DNA of 64,000 nucleotides from a virus (IMGVR_UViG_3300025647_000019:1-64000), one strand, 5' to 3'. Numbered from the stretch's first letter, positions 27,941 through 38,229 are shown. The notes: generated by a model not told the origin, from the letters alone. Program-made: numbers and translations.

Positions 27941-29161
27941 ATGGCTAAAAAGAAAACAATTATTAACGATGCATTGGTAACTTTAAAAGAAGTAGAAGAA
28001 GCTGCCTTTGATAATGCAAAAGATATTATGATTGAGGCCTTTGCGCCAGCAATGACAAAATTTTTCAAAGAAGCCATTGATGGTGAATTCGGAGATGAGG
28101 AAGAAGATGAATTCGAAGTCGATGATGAAGAATTAGAAGAAGGAACTGAGCATGATTCAGGTAAGGAACCTGATGCAGGTCGTGAAGATACTGATGCCTC
28201 TGGTGAGGAATTAAATGAAGAAAAGGAAGACGATGGTCTTCCTGGTGACCAAGAAGAAATTGATATTGATGATGATGGAGATGTCGATGCTGAAGATCTT
28301 GCCAATTTAAGGGCAGGAAAAAAAGATGACGACATTAAAAATGAAGCATTATCAATTAATGTTTCGGAAGCAGATGAAGACGAAGATGAAGAAGATCCAG
28401 AGCATGAAGCTGGGGAATCCGATGAGGAAGAAGCAGCAGAAGAAGATGCCGAGGAAAAGGGTGAACCAGAACCAGATGATGATGATGATGATGAAGGTTC
28501 TGAATCAGATGATGATTCAGAATCGGATCTGGAGATTCCAGATGAATTATTTGACGATTCGGAAGAAGAAGTAGATGATGATATGGAAAAAGACGATATT
28601 GAATTAAGTGACGATTTAGACGAGGAAGATGATGAAGAACTCGACCTTGATATTGAAGATGACGAGATCGATGATCTCGAAGCCACTGATTCAGACGAGC
28701 TCGAAACTGATGATGAAGAAGAGGTAGAAGAAGGCCTCTACATTCGTAAAGAAGGCGAATTTAAAAAGATTACTCCTGAAGAGTATTTAAACATCCGTAA
28801 GGGCGAATTAGAAGAAGAAAATGAGAAACTCACTAAAGCAATTGGTGCCCTACAAGGTCAATTAAAAGAGACTCATTTATTCAACGCCAAACTTGCTCAT
28901 GTAAATAAACTGTTCGCAACTGGTGAATTTACTAAGCAGGAAAAAACAAAATTTGTTGAACAGATTGACGAATGTGAATCAATCAAAGAAGTAAAAGCTC
29001 TTTATGAATCGACGATCAAGGAATTGAAGAGGGATATTAATCCTCTTGATGACTTCCACGCCGTTCTTAGAGAACACAGAAATAGACCAAAATTGGAAAA
29101 TGTTTTTGAATCACCTGAAATGATTCGCATGAAGCGAATGGCAGGTATGGATAAAACATAG
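27941..29161 (+). CDS. Acidic prohead scaffolding protein
   Basis: Very D/E-rich, C-terminal coiled coil, lies between protease and capsid genes. Confidence 0.75.
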   Translation: MAKKKTIINDALVTLKEVEEAAFDNAKDIMIEAFAPAMTKFFKEAIDGEFGDEEEDEFEVDDEELEEGTEHDSGKEPDAGREDTDASGEELNEEKEDDGLPGDQEEIDIDDDGDVDAEDLANLRAGKKDDDIKNEALSINVSEADEDEDEEDPEHEAGESDEEEAAEEDAEEKGEPEPDDDDDDEGSESDDDSESDLEIPDELFDDSEEEVDDDMEKDDIELSDDLDEEDDEELDLDIEDDEIDDLEATDSDELETDDEEEVEEGLYIRKEGEFKKITPEEYLNIRKGELEEENEKLTKAIGALQGQLKETHLFNAKLAHVNKLFATGEFTKQEKTKFVEQIDECESIKEVKALYESTIKELKRDINPLDDFHAVLREHRNRPKLENVFESPEMIRMKRMAGMDKT

Positions 29162-29170
29162 GAGAATAAA

Positions 29171-30667
29171 ATGAGTGAACTACTTAGAAGCGGTAAGGTT
29201 GGTAATATCCAGGTCAAACAACTCCAAGAACAACGTGAAACTGTTATTAAGCGTTGGGAACAAACTGGATTATTAGAAGGTCTTACTAAAGAAAAGAAAA
29301 ACATCATTGCTCAGCTTATGGAAAATGAAGCTGGACATTTGATGACGGAAGCAAACAACGAATTAAGCAATATTGCTGGATTCGACATTGCTGCATTCCC
29401 GATGGTACGTCGTGTATTCAGCAGACTATTGGCAAATGATATTGTATCAGTTCAGCCATTAAACCTTCCTTCTGGATTGTTATTCTACATTGATCATCAA
29501 GTTGGTACTACACAAGGTCACGCTCCAGCAGCATGGCAAAGTGTTTATGATGCCCACTATGACAATGGTGGATATGGATACAGTAGGGGTGCTGCAACTT
29601 CAAATGCTGAAGCATTAGTTGCAACAGGTACGGTTAATAGCGATGGTCAAATGACTTTAGCTTACTCTGGTGGAGTTGAAGGACTTTCTTCATTACAAAT
29701 CCAGGATGACGGTGGAAACACTCTTTACTTTACTATTGATCCACAAAGTTGGACAGATGATTTCTTTGCCAACAATCAGATCGTAGTTAAGGTTAAAACT
29801 GCTGAAACTATTACTGGTGGTACAATTGGTCTTTCAGCTAGAACTGTTTGGAATAGTTATGCCGATCTTGAAGCTAATTCAGCAATGACTGAAGTCAAGT
29901 TAGTCGTAACTAGCACAACCGTGTCAGTTAGCTCACGTAAGATGAAAGCTCACTGGACTCCAGAATTAGCACAAGACCTTGCAGCATACCACAGTGTTGA
30001 TGCTGAAGCAGAACTAACTGGATTGCTTTCCGAGGAACTTGCCGCTGAAATTGATCGTGAAATTATTCGCGACCTAATCAATGTAGCTGCATTCCAGGAT
30101 CAATGGAATTACAGTAGATCTGCATCAAGTGTGCGTGTTGATGGTGTAACTGTTTCACCTGATACTGCATCTGGATATGTGACACAAAAAGAATGGAACC
30201 AGACATTGATCACTAAGATCAACAAAGTTTCAGCAGCTATTCATAAGGCAACTCTACGTGGTGGAGCCAACTGGATCGTATGCTCAACTGAAGTTGGATC
30301 TGTCTTAGAAGATCTTGAAAAGTTCCACGCAGTAAACAAGGATGACGACTTCCAATTCAATATGGGTATCGAACAAATCGGTAGTCTAGGAAGCCGCTAT
30401 ACTGTTTACAAGGATCCTTATTTACCACAAAGCGTCCTGCTTATGGGTCATAAGGGCTCAAGCTTCATGGATACTGGATATGTGTATGCTCCATACATTC
30501 CATTCCAGTTGACTCCAGTTGTTCTTGATCCGGACGATTTCACACCTCGTAAGGGTATCATGACTCGTTACGCTAAGAAGGTAGTTAATAACCGCTACTT
30601 TGGTTTAATTAGAGTCATTTTCCCAAGCGAATATGATATCATTCATCAAGATCAAATTCCAAGTTAA
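29171..30667 (+). CDS. Major capsid protein (T4 gp23-like)
   Basis: VSVQP...PSGL.F; RKMKAHWTPELAQDL; AEIDREI; YAPYIP; GIMTRY. Confidence 0.95.
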   Translation: MSELLRSGKVGNIQVKQLQEQRETVIKRWEQTGLLEGLTKEKKNIIAQLMENEAGHLMTEANNELSNIAGFDIAAFPMVRRVFSRLLANDIVSVQPLNLPSGLLFYIDHQVGTTQGHAPAAWQSVYDAHYDNGGYGYSRGAATSNAEALVATGTVNSDGQMTLAYSGGVEGLSSLQIQDDGGNTLYFTIDPQSWTDDFFANNQIVVKVKTAETITGGTIGLSARTVWNSYADLEANSAMTEVKLVVTSTTVSVSSRKMKAHWTPELAQDLAAYHSVDAEAELTGLLSEELAAEIDREIIRDLINVAAFQDQWNYSRSASSVRVDGVTVSPDTASGYVTQKEWNQTLITKINKVSAAIHKATLRGGANWIVCSTEVGSVLEDLEKFHAVNKDDDFQFNMGIEQIGSLGSRYTVYKDPYLPQSVLLMGHKGSSFMDTGYVYAPYIPFQLTPVVLDPDDFTPRKGIMTRYAKKVVNNRYFGLIRVIFPSEYDIIHQDQIPS

Positions 30668-30685
30668 TAACTAGGAATTAATCTG

Positions 30686-30715
30686 AATGGGAGATCTTCG
30701 GATCTCCCATTTTTT
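30686..30715 (+). terminator. Intrinsic terminator after capsid gene
   Basis: AATGGGAGATC-TTCG-GATCTCCCATTTTTT. Confidence 0.9.
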
Positions 30716-30771
30716 ATGAACTTAGATAAATAATTTTAATATTTATTAACACAATGAATGGAGTCCATTAA

Positions 30772-31869
30772 ATGGCCAATTATATTTCTACTGACCCCGA
30801 AGTAACGGGGATGACAGATTATATTTCTTCTATGCTAGGGGCACCGGTTGTTAACGTTGAATTAGTTGCATCCCAATATACTCATGCATTTAATACAGCA
30901 ATCGAAGAATATAGTAATTATATTAATCAGTGGGCAATTAAATCTCATATTGCAAATGCTCTTGGTCTTCCTTCTTCACAAGATTTTACTCTTAGATGGG
31001 TATCTCAAAATTTTGAGTTTGCAAAATCCTTTTCAAAAGCATATTCCGAACAAGTAAATGTTGGTGGCGAAGTTCCCGTAAGGAAAGATTATATAACTTT
31101 AGCTAATGATAAACAAACATATTATCTTCCAAATGATAGACAAATAATAGATGTTATGTGGCATGAACCTGTTGCTATTAATCGATACCTAATTGATCCG
31201 AATACAAATCCAGCTTGGGTAAATCAAGAATTTGGCTGGGCTTATATGGGATCGTCACTTCAATATGTAGCTCCAGTTTCATTTACAATTCAATTATCAA
31301 ATGCAACTGAATTGAGATATAGAACATTGCGTGGGGATTTTTCATATACTGTAAGACCTGCTCCGGCCGATGCTACAAGAACCGGAGATGACTATACAGG
31401 AGTAACAACAAATGCTGTTTCAATATATCCAGTTCCAACAGGTCAGTATGTTGGAGATAGAGTCTGGTATTTTTATAAACTAAATGAAGACCTTAATGCC
31501 TATGCAAATCAGCAAGCTGGAGATTATATTTCAAATCCAGGAACAATGCCAATTGATGAAATACCTTATTCGGCATTTAATTCAGCATCAAAAAGATGGG
31601 TTAAGCAATATTCACTAGCTTTGGCAAAAGAAATACTTGGAAGAATAAGATCTAAATTTAGTGAATTACCAATTCCCGATGCTACAGTAACTTTAGATGG
31701 AGATACTTTAATATCTGAAGCTCAACAAGAAAAACAAGATCTAAAAGAATATCTTCTTAATGAACTTGAAGCAATGGACATTGGAAAGCTTATTGCTGAC
31801 GATGCTGATGCTGCAGAAAATATTAATAGGTCATTAAGTTTTAATCCTGGAGGTCTTTTCATTGGCTGA
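30772..31869 (+). CDS. Neck protein (T4 gp13-like)
   Basis: LGAPVVNVEL; WVKQY.LALAKEILG.IRSKF; VTLDG. Confidence 0.8.
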   Translation: MANYISTDPEVTGMTDYISSMLGAPVVNVELVASQYTHAFNTAIEEYSNYINQWAIKSHIANALGLPSSQDFTLRWVSQNFEFAKSFSKAYSEQVNVGGEVPVRKDYITLANDKQTYYLPNDRQIIDVMWHEPVAINRYLIDPNTNPAWVNQEFGWAYMGSSLQYVAPVSFTIQLSNATELRYRTLRGDFSYTVRPAPADATRTGDDYTGVTTNAVSIYPVPTGQYVGDRVWYFYKLNEDLNAYANQQAGDYISNPGTMPIDEIPYSAFNSASKRWVKQYSLALAKEILGRIRSKFSELPIPDATVTLDGDTLISEAQQEKQDLKEYLLNELEAMDIGKLIADDADAAENINRSLSFNPGGLFIG

Positions 31870-32344
31870 CGGACTACCTATTTGGTTTAATGATGAAGAA
31901 TTCACCCTTTTTAAAAATTTAGGGAGAGAACTAGTTGAGACATTAACCAATCAGCATTTTATTTTATATTCGATTTCATATGGGGAAACCTCATCAAATC
32001 TTTATGGGGAATCAAAACATAAAGTATACTCTGCTCAAACAAAAGTAATAGGAAGAATTCAAATTGTGGATTCTGATATTGTTGAACAGGGGGGAGTAAG
32101 ACGTATGGCCAAAGGCGATATGACTGCCTGGGTCTATGATGATCATCTCGTCGAATTGGGATTAAGTATTAAAGTTGGGGATTTTATTGGCTTTGAAGGA
32201 AAATTTTATGAAATATATGATGCAGGATATAATCAAGATGAAATAAATAGAAAACTTGGTGTAGATAGAGAATATTATCATGAAATAAAAGCTAAAGTTA
32301 TCACAGACGACATTTTTAAATCCATTGAGGGAGATTTTGAATAA
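31862..32344 (+). CDS. Head closure/neck protein (gp14-like)
   Basis: NLYGES..K, GDFI...FYEI; position after gp13-like gene. Confidence 0.6.
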   Translation: MADGLPIWFNDEEFTLFKNLGRELVETLTNQHFILYSISYGETSSNLYGESKHKVYSAQTKVIGRIQIVDSDIVEQGGVRRMAKGDMTAWVYDDHLVELGLSIKVGDFIGFEGKFYEIYDAGYNQDEINRKLGVDREYYHEIKAKVITDDIFKSIEGDFE

Positions 32345-32580
32345 TGGAAAAAGATGAATTAAAAGAATTAATTAAAGAATGTATTCTTGAAGAAGCATAT
32401 TGGGTATCAAGAGATTCAATTGTTAGATTAATGAATGAAATTGAAAGACTATTAGATGGCACATATGAAGATGCTGTTATGGGATGGGCAGAAAAAACAA
32501 GTGATAATGTACTTAAAAAATATGTAAAAAGCTTTTCTGAAGTTAAAACTGCATTAAAAGATATGCAAAAATATACATAG
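32344..32580 (+). CDS. Putative internal head protein with leader
   Basis: MEKDELKELIKECILEE. Confidence 0.6.
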   Translation: MEKDELKELIKECILEEAYWVSRDSIVRLMNEIERLLDGTYEDAVMGWAEKTSDNVLKKYVKSFSEVKTALKDMQKYT

Positions 32581-32589
32581 GAATAAATA

Positions 32590-33006
32590 ATGTATAAACT
32601 TGACATAAATAAAGGCGATATAATCCTTCGTGGAAAATATAGAAATAAAAAAGAAGTTGTTAAAACCTTTGGTCACGATGATAAAGGCCAACCAACAATA
32701 AATGGAAAGAGAATTCTCAATTTTAACATTGAGAAATTATTGCCTAAGAAAGAGATTAAAGAGATAATGAAAAAATCAGAATTAAAAGAACTAATTAAAG
32801 AGTGTCTTCTTGAAGAAGAATATTCTAAGCGAACTGTTGAATCATTCGCCGAAGATATTTTCTTTGAAATCTATGAAATTGGAAAATCAAATGGATACCC
32901 AGTTCAAGAACATGGATTTTTAGAAGAAACATATAAAGCATTGGTTAAGTATATCAATAAAAAGCTTAAACAAGGCAAGATAAGTAGAGGTGGATTTGGT
33001 AGATGA
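32590..33006 (+). CDS. Putative internal head protein with internal MKKSELK motif
   Basis: MKKSELKELIKECLLEEE in frame at 32767. Confidence 0.55.
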   Translation: MYKLDINKGDIILRGKYRNKKEVVKTFGHDDKGQPTINGKRILNFNIEKLLPKKEIKEIMKKSELKELIKECLLEEEYSKRTVESFAEDIFFEIYEIGKSNGYPVQEHGFLEETYKALVKYINKKLKQGKISRGGFGR

Positions 33007-33329
33007 AAAAATCAGAATTGAAAACCCTCATAAAGGAATGTTTTCTTGAACTTCAAGAAGACCGTCTTCTTGAAGAATATGACGATCCTTCATTAGCATA
33101 TTCAAAAAAAGAGCTAAAGAGTATCTTAAAAGATATTGATCAAATTTGGAAGCTAATATCAAGAATGGATAAATCAATAAAGGGAGCATTTAGACCGGGA
33201 CAAGCTGGAACGACATTACAATGGGATAAATTGTATGATACAGTTGGAAGTAAATATTTTGAATCAGTAAGATATGCTCTTGAGGATTTTCAAGAGTCCG
33301 TTAAAAAAGCTTTAAAGGAAATTAAATGA
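33003..33329 (+). CDS. Putative internal head protein with leader
   Basis: MKKSELKTLIKECFLELQE. Confidence 0.6.
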   Translation: MKKSELKTLIKECFLELQEDRLLEEYDDPSLAYSKKELKSILKDIDQIWKLISRMDKSIKGAFRPGQAGTTLQWDKLYDTVGSKYFESVRYALEDFQESVKKALKEIK

Positions 33330-34051
33330 AAAGATTTCCTCCAGGATATCAAGCGTCAACACTTGAAGAACCCGAATGGTTTAAAGATCCGAATCCATTA
33401 CAAACTCAACAAACTTTTTTTCCGATAGCAATAGGATTGGAAGATATTGATCAAGGGGTTATGGATTGGTTTGTGGAAAAAGAAATAAAAATAGATGGAA
33501 AAAATGTTCCTGTATTTTTCTTAACTCCTGAAAAATGGGCTGAATTTAAACACAGTTGGACATATACTGATCAAAATCATAACATTAAATTTCCATATAT
33601 AACTGTGAGAAGAACTCAAGCTCCTAGATTATCTCAAAATCCAGTTAAAGGTCGTGTTGTTAATCCTAGAAAATTTACCACTTATAAGATTCCATATTAT
33701 GATAATAATGGAATGACATACAAATTTTATAAAGTTCCTCAACCAATAAAAGTTGAATTGGAATATGAAATTAGAGCTTTAACTCATTACATGACGGATA
33801 TTAATCAGATAAATGAAGCATTTTTACGGCATTTCGCGAGTCTACATTCATATTTAAATATACAACAGCACTATATGCCAATGAAGATCGAGAATGTCAG
33901 TGATGAATCTGATTATACTACGGATCTTAGTGAGGAGAGGATTATCCATACCCTCTATACTATTACTGTGCAAGGGTACCTTATCGATAAAGAAGAGTTT
34001 GAAGAAAAAATTGGGCTTAAAAGTACTACTGTTAGTATAACAGAAGCCTAA
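33326..34051 (+). CDS. Tail completion/sheath terminator protein (gp15-like)
   Basis: VPV....PEKW, P.I.V.R, P.....YE motifs; precedes sheath gene. Confidence 0.6.
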   Translation: MKRFPPGYQASTLEEPEWFKDPNPLQTQQTFFPIAIGLEDIDQGVMDWFVEKEIKIDGKNVPVFFLTPEKWAEFKHSWTYTDQNHNIKFPYITVRRTQAPRLSQNPVKGRVVNPRKFTTYKIPYYDNNGMTYKFYKVPQPIKVELEYEIRALTHYMTDINQINEAFLRHFASLHSYLNIQQHYMPMKIENVSDESDYTTDLSEERIIHTLYTITVQGYLIDKEEFEEKIGLKSTTVSITEA

Positions 34052-34078
34052 CATAAGAATTATGAAAGAGAGAAAATA

Positions 34079-36298
34079 ATGGCAGAAATATTTGTTTCTC
34101 CGGGCGTATATGTTCGCGAGAGAGATTTTTCCTACTATGTATCAAGTGTAAATGAATCTTCATTAGCATTAGTAGGAGAAACAAAAAAGGGTCCAGCATT
34201 TTTACCTACAATGATTTCTAATATTTCAGAATTTAAAGAAATCTTTGGTAACTTAGATCCAAATAAAATTCTAGGCTACTCAGCTAAGAATTATTTTAAG
34301 TATGCAAATCGAGCATATGTAACTAGAGTCTTAGGAAGCGATTCTTTAAGAGGGACAAATAACATTCTTGCTATTGTTTCTTCTGGGGCTTCTCCAGTTG
34401 TATTAGCAACATTCCTTTGCTCTGGGGCTCTTCAAGTTAACATTACAGGATCAAGTACATCTTTAGATGCTGATTCAACTTTCTATATGAATATAGGGGG
34501 GGTTTATAGTGGTAATGTAAGCTTATCAGATGCTAATTCCCCAGTATATGTAGAAACTTTATTCCCAAGAACGAATACTGTAAATGCTACAACTATTGCT
34601 TTACAACATGTATTCCCAATTCAAACTGACGGTCTTCTTGTAGCAACTGGAACTTCAAGTTGTGTTACTGGAACTACTTTAACTGATGGGCCATTTGATG
34701 TAGAAGGATATCTTGCAGCTTCAACTCCGATGATTGTTGGTAATACAGTTGATGCAACAAATGCTGGAACTAGTTTGTTCACAGTAACCACTATCAGTCA
34801 TGGACAAGAAGCTAATAAAGACGTAAAAATCACTATTGAAGATATTGATACTGGAAATACGACATTCAGTCTTGGCGTTCGTCAATTTAGTGATACAAAT
34901 GAAGCTCCGATCTATCTTGAAAAGTTTACTCAACTTTCAATGGATCCAACAAATACAAACTATATTGCAAGAGCAATTGGTGATAGTAGAGATGGATCTG
35001 GGGATTATGCTCAAGTTTCAAAATACATATATGTTACTGTTGAAGCTGGAGCCCCAGCAACGGCTCTTCCATATGGATTCAATGGAGTTTCTGCACCTTG
35101 GAGTGGACAAACTGGATTCCCACAATGGCCAATGGACAAAACTTATGTAACAACTACTTCACTTAAGAAACAGATTTTAGGATTAAATTTTGATGCTATT
35201 GATCCAGATCATATTATGGGTGGTTGGTCAAGTTCATGGAATATTGGAGCATCTTCAGATAAAACTCTGACAGGATTCCACTTGAATACTAGTTCAAATG
35301 CTACTTTATATCAAGTTCCAACTGTGGATTATATTCCATCAGGTAAAACTTATATGAAGTTTGGTGTACCTCTATTGGGAGGAAATGATGGTTGGGTACA
35401 AAGTGCTCAAACAAGATATACTTTATCTGGAACACCAACTGATTCTCTTGTTGCTTCATATCAAACTGCATTTGATCTTATTTCAAGTACAGAAGATTAT
35501 GATATCAACTTACTAGCAGTACCTGGTGTTGCTTTTGATAATACTATTGGTCAGAATGCTATTGCTCTTGCAGAATTAAGAGCTGATACTTTCTATGTTG
35601 GAGATTTCCCAAGTAACTATACCACAGTTGCTGGAGCAGCTAATGTTCCTTCAAATTCTAGTATTGATACAAACTATGCTGCAACATATTGGCCATATGT
35701 CAAGATTTATGATTCTGATAACATGCAAGACGTAATGATTCCTCCAACCCCACAAGTGTTGGAAGCCATTGCTTATACCGATCAAGTTTCTTACCCATGG
35801 TTTGCTCCAGCAGGAATGAACCGTGGATTATTAACTGATGTTATCAAGACTCAATATAAATTAACTCAAGACGATCGGGATGATCTTTATACTAATAAGA
35901 TCAATCCAATTGCTACTTTACCTGGACAAGGTTATGCTGTTTGGGGTCAAAAGACTCTTCAAACTAGAACAACAGCCTTGGACAGAATCAATGTAAGAAG
36001 AATGCTTCTTTATATTGAAAAAGTAATTGCTGGAGCAAGTCGTTATCTTGTATTCGAACAAAATGATTCTAAAACTTGGGATCGTTTCAAGAATATGGTT
36101 CAACCAGTTCTCGATCGAGTTAAGATCAAACAAGGACTATATGACTTCCGTGTAAAAATGGATGAAACAACCAATACTCCAGATATGATCGATCGTGGTC
36201 AAATGGTTGGAGAAATTTATATTAAACCAACAAAATCAGCAGAAGCAATTCTGATTAACTTCAACATTATGCCAACTGGTGCAGTGTTTGAGGAATAA
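34079..36298 (+). CDS. Contractile tail sheath protein (gp18-like)
   Basis: SPGVYVRE.D; PWFAPAG..RG; WGQKTL...ALDRINVRR; FEQND. Confidence 0.95.
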   Translation: MAEIFVSPGVYVRERDFSYYVSSVNESSLALVGETKKGPAFLPTMISNISEFKEIFGNLDPNKILGYSAKNYFKYANRAYVTRVLGSDSLRGTNNILAIVSSGASPVVLATFLCSGALQVNITGSSTSLDADSTFYMNIGGVYSGNVSLSDANSPVYVETLFPRTNTVNATTIALQHVFPIQTDGLLVATGTSSCVTGTTLTDGPFDVEGYLAASTPMIVGNTVDATNAGTSLFTVTTISHGQEANKDVKITIEDIDTGNTTFSLGVRQFSDTNEAPIYLEKFTQLSMDPTNTNYIARAIGDSRDGSGDYAQVSKYIYVTVEAGAPATALPYGFNGVSAPWSGQTGFPQWPMDKTYVTTTSLKKQILGLNFDAIDPDHIMGGWSSSWNIGASSDKTLTGFHLNTSSNATLYQVPTVDYIPSGKTYMKFGVPLLGGNDGWVQSAQTRYTLSGTPTDSLVASYQTAFDLISSTEDYDINLLAVPGVAFDNTIGQNAIALAELRADTFYVGDFPSNYTTVAGAANVPSNSSIDTNYAATYWPYVKIYDSDNMQDVMIPPTPQVLEAIAYTDQVSYPWFAPAGMNRGLLTDVIKTQYKLTQDDRDDLYTNKINPIATLPGQGYAVWGQKTLQTRTTALDRINVRRMLLYIEKVIAGASRYLVFEQNDSKTWDRFKNMVQPVLDRVKIKQGLYDFRVKMDETTNTPDMIDRGQMVGEIYIKPTKSAEAILINFNIMPTGAVFEE

Positions 36299-36309
36299 TT
36301 TAACATAAT

Positions 36310-36338
36310 GGGGAGTTTTCGGACTCCCCTATATTTAG
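36310..36338 (+). terminator. Hairpin after sheath gene (weak U-tract) adjoining an ATATTTAG motif
   Basis: GGGGAGT-TTTCGG-ACTCCCC. Confidence 0.5.
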
Positions 36339-36346
36339 GAGAATAA

Positions 36347-36649
36347 ATGAAAAAGTCTGAATTAAAAGAAATTATTAAAGAATGCATTCTTGAAGAAGCT
36401 AAAGAAGAAGATGATGCTCAATTTGACTATGGATATTTGGCTGATGTTTTTTCGAATATATGTTCATATGGAATTGATAAATTCGGAAATAGAGAATTAA
36501 AAAGCGAATACGATGCCCGTTTTAAAGTGAAGAGTATTGACAGTGTAGGGGGATCTGGGGCTGGCTCAAAGTCTGCACTTAATGTAAAAGTATCTACCCC
36601 AAGGGGAGATAAAGTAATTAAGATAGAAATAAAAGCACCAAGAAAATAA
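36347..36649 (+). CDS. Putative internal head protein with leader
   Basis: MKKSELKEIIKECILEE. Confidence 0.6.
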   Translation: MKKSELKEIIKECILEEAKEEDDAQFDYGYLADVFSNICSYGIDKFGNRELKSEYDARFKVKSIDSVGGSGAGSKSALNVKVSTPRGDKVIKIEIKAPRK

Positions 36650-36670
36650 AACAAATAAGGAGTTATTTAA

Positions 36671-37474
36671 ATGAGCGATTTACATGATCCTGGCAAAATG
36701 AAGCCAGCAGGTTCTTCGGTAGATTTAGAAATGGCTTTTGATGTGATAAGTTTACCTTCAAAAGGATTAGTTTATTCACCAGAATCCAAATTATATAAAA
36801 AAGAAACACTTGAAATAAATTATCTGACAGCAATTCACGAGGATATTTTAACTTCTCCAAATTTAATTCAAACGGGGTTAATGATTCCAGTTTTATTAAA
36901 ATCCGTTATTCGAGACAAACAGATTGATGTAGATGAATTATGTTTGGGAGATCGAAATACAATTCTTATTTGGTTAAGATCTACAGGATATGGTTCTGAA
37001 TATCCGGTTAGATTAAATTGTGTGGATTGTGGAGCAAATTATACTTATGAATTTGATTTATCTAAACTGGATATAAAAGAATTAGAAGCTAAGCCTGATG
37101 ATAATGGTTTATTCGAATTTACTTTACCAGTTAGTAAGAAATTAATTAAATTTAGATTTCTAAATAGTAAGGATGAAAAAGAAATTAATGATATAGTATC
37201 TTCTAAGAAGAAAAAGCTTGGAAATAAAATTAATAATAGTCTTTCATTAAAGATGTTCAGAATAATTCAAGAAGTTGAAGGAAATGAAGATCGAGGATAT
37301 ATTAGATCTTTTACTGAAAGTATGCCTGTAAAAGACGCCAAAGAATTCCGAAAATATTTGCAGGAAATAGAGCCTGGAGTTGTTATGAAACAAGAAGCTA
37401 AATGCTCTGAATGTGGATCTATCCACGAGGAGGTTGTGCCTATTCAGGCGAGCTTTTTTTGGCCTGACAGCTGA
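36671..37474 (+). CDS. Baseplate hub/tail assembly chaperone (T4 gp26-like)
   Basis: LPSKG..Y, EDIL, DR..ILI.LR...YG, two CxxC, ends FFWP. Confidence 0.7.
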   Translation: MSDLHDPGKMKPAGSSVDLEMAFDVISLPSKGLVYSPESKLYKKETLEINYLTAIHEDILTSPNLIQTGLMIPVLLKSVIRDKQIDVDELCLGDRNTILIWLRSTGYGSEYPVRLNCVDCGANYTYEFDLSKLDIKELEAKPDDNGLFEFTLPVSKKLIKFRFLNSKDEKEINDIVSSKKKKLGNKINNSLSLKMFRIIQEVEGNEDRGYIRSFTESMPVKDAKEFRKYLQEIEPGVVMKQEAKCSECGSIHEEVVPIQASFFWPDS

Positions 37475-37649
37475 GCATAAACAATATTTCTATGAGGAAT
37501 TATTTAGTTTAGCATATTATGGGAAAATAAGTATTTCAGAAGCTCAGAGAATGCCTATTTATACAAGACAATGGTTTATTCAAAGAGTAAAAAAAGAACT
37601 AAAAGAACTAAAGAAAAAACAAGATCAAGCTTTAAAGGGTAAAAAATGA
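37452..37649 (+). CDS. gp51-like C-terminal extension, probably reached by frameshift
   Basis: Overlapping +1 frame FFGLT...E...MPIYTRQWF; no evident ATG or RBS of its own. Confidence 0.6.
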   Translation, partial: AFFGLTAEHKQYFYEELFSLAYYGKISISEAQRMPIYTRQWFIQRVKKELKELKKKQDQALKGKK

Positions 37650-37972
37650 AAAAATCAGAATTGAAAGAGCTTATTAAAGAGTGTATTTCAGAATTAAATG
37701 AAGGTAAAAAATATATTGAACCTGAGGATCTTTCGGAATTTGTTCGTGAAAAAAATATATTTAAAAAAATATATGGAAAGGATTTTCAATGGTCCGATAA
37801 AATTGAAAGAGATGGAATAGGAAAATCTCAAGAAAAGAAAATGGAAAAATGGATTATGAATAAAACGGATCTACCTGAAAATCCCAAAAGATATGACCCC
37901 GATAATTGGGAAGATTATTTTATGCAATTTTGGGAAGATTTTTATTATCGTCAAAACCCCGACTATCTATAG
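37646..37972 (+). CDS. Putative internal head protein with leader
   Basis: MKKSELKELIKECISELNE. Confidence 0.6.
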   Translation: MKKSELKELIKECISELNEGKKYIEPEDLSEFVREKNIFKKIYGKDFQWSDKIERDGIGKSQEKKMEKWIMNKTDLPENPKRYDPDNWEDYFMQFWEDFYYRQNPDYL

Positions 37973-37984
37973 AAAGGAAAAATA

Positions 37985-38203
37985 ATGGGAATTTACAAAT
38001 CAGGATTAAGCGTATGGCAAAGAAATAGAGCTAAACTTCCAGCGGATCATGCGGGAGATAAAGAAGTAATTGGGGGAGAAACTCCCGGTAAATACTTAGG
38101 GGAAAAAGAGACCCCTCCTGCTCCTGAACCTGCACCAAAAGCTGTCGTAGAGGAAAAAAAAGAACCAGTAGCTAAGAAAACTACTCCTAAGACCAAAAAA
38201 TAA
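37985..38203 (+). CDS. Small Pro/Lys-rich hypothetical protein
   Basis: AAGGA RBS. Confidence 0.55.
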   Translation: MGIYKSGLSVWQRNRAKLPADHAGDKEVIGGETPGKYLGEKETPPAPEPAPKAVVEEKKEPVAKKTTPKTKK

Positions 38204-38229
38204 TTAAGGGCTTATACTTTACCCTTAAT

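Noticed and set aside
27925-28686. 253 aa Ser-rich minus-strand ORF
   Set aside because: Mirror of GAA/GAT codons in the acidic scaffold gene.
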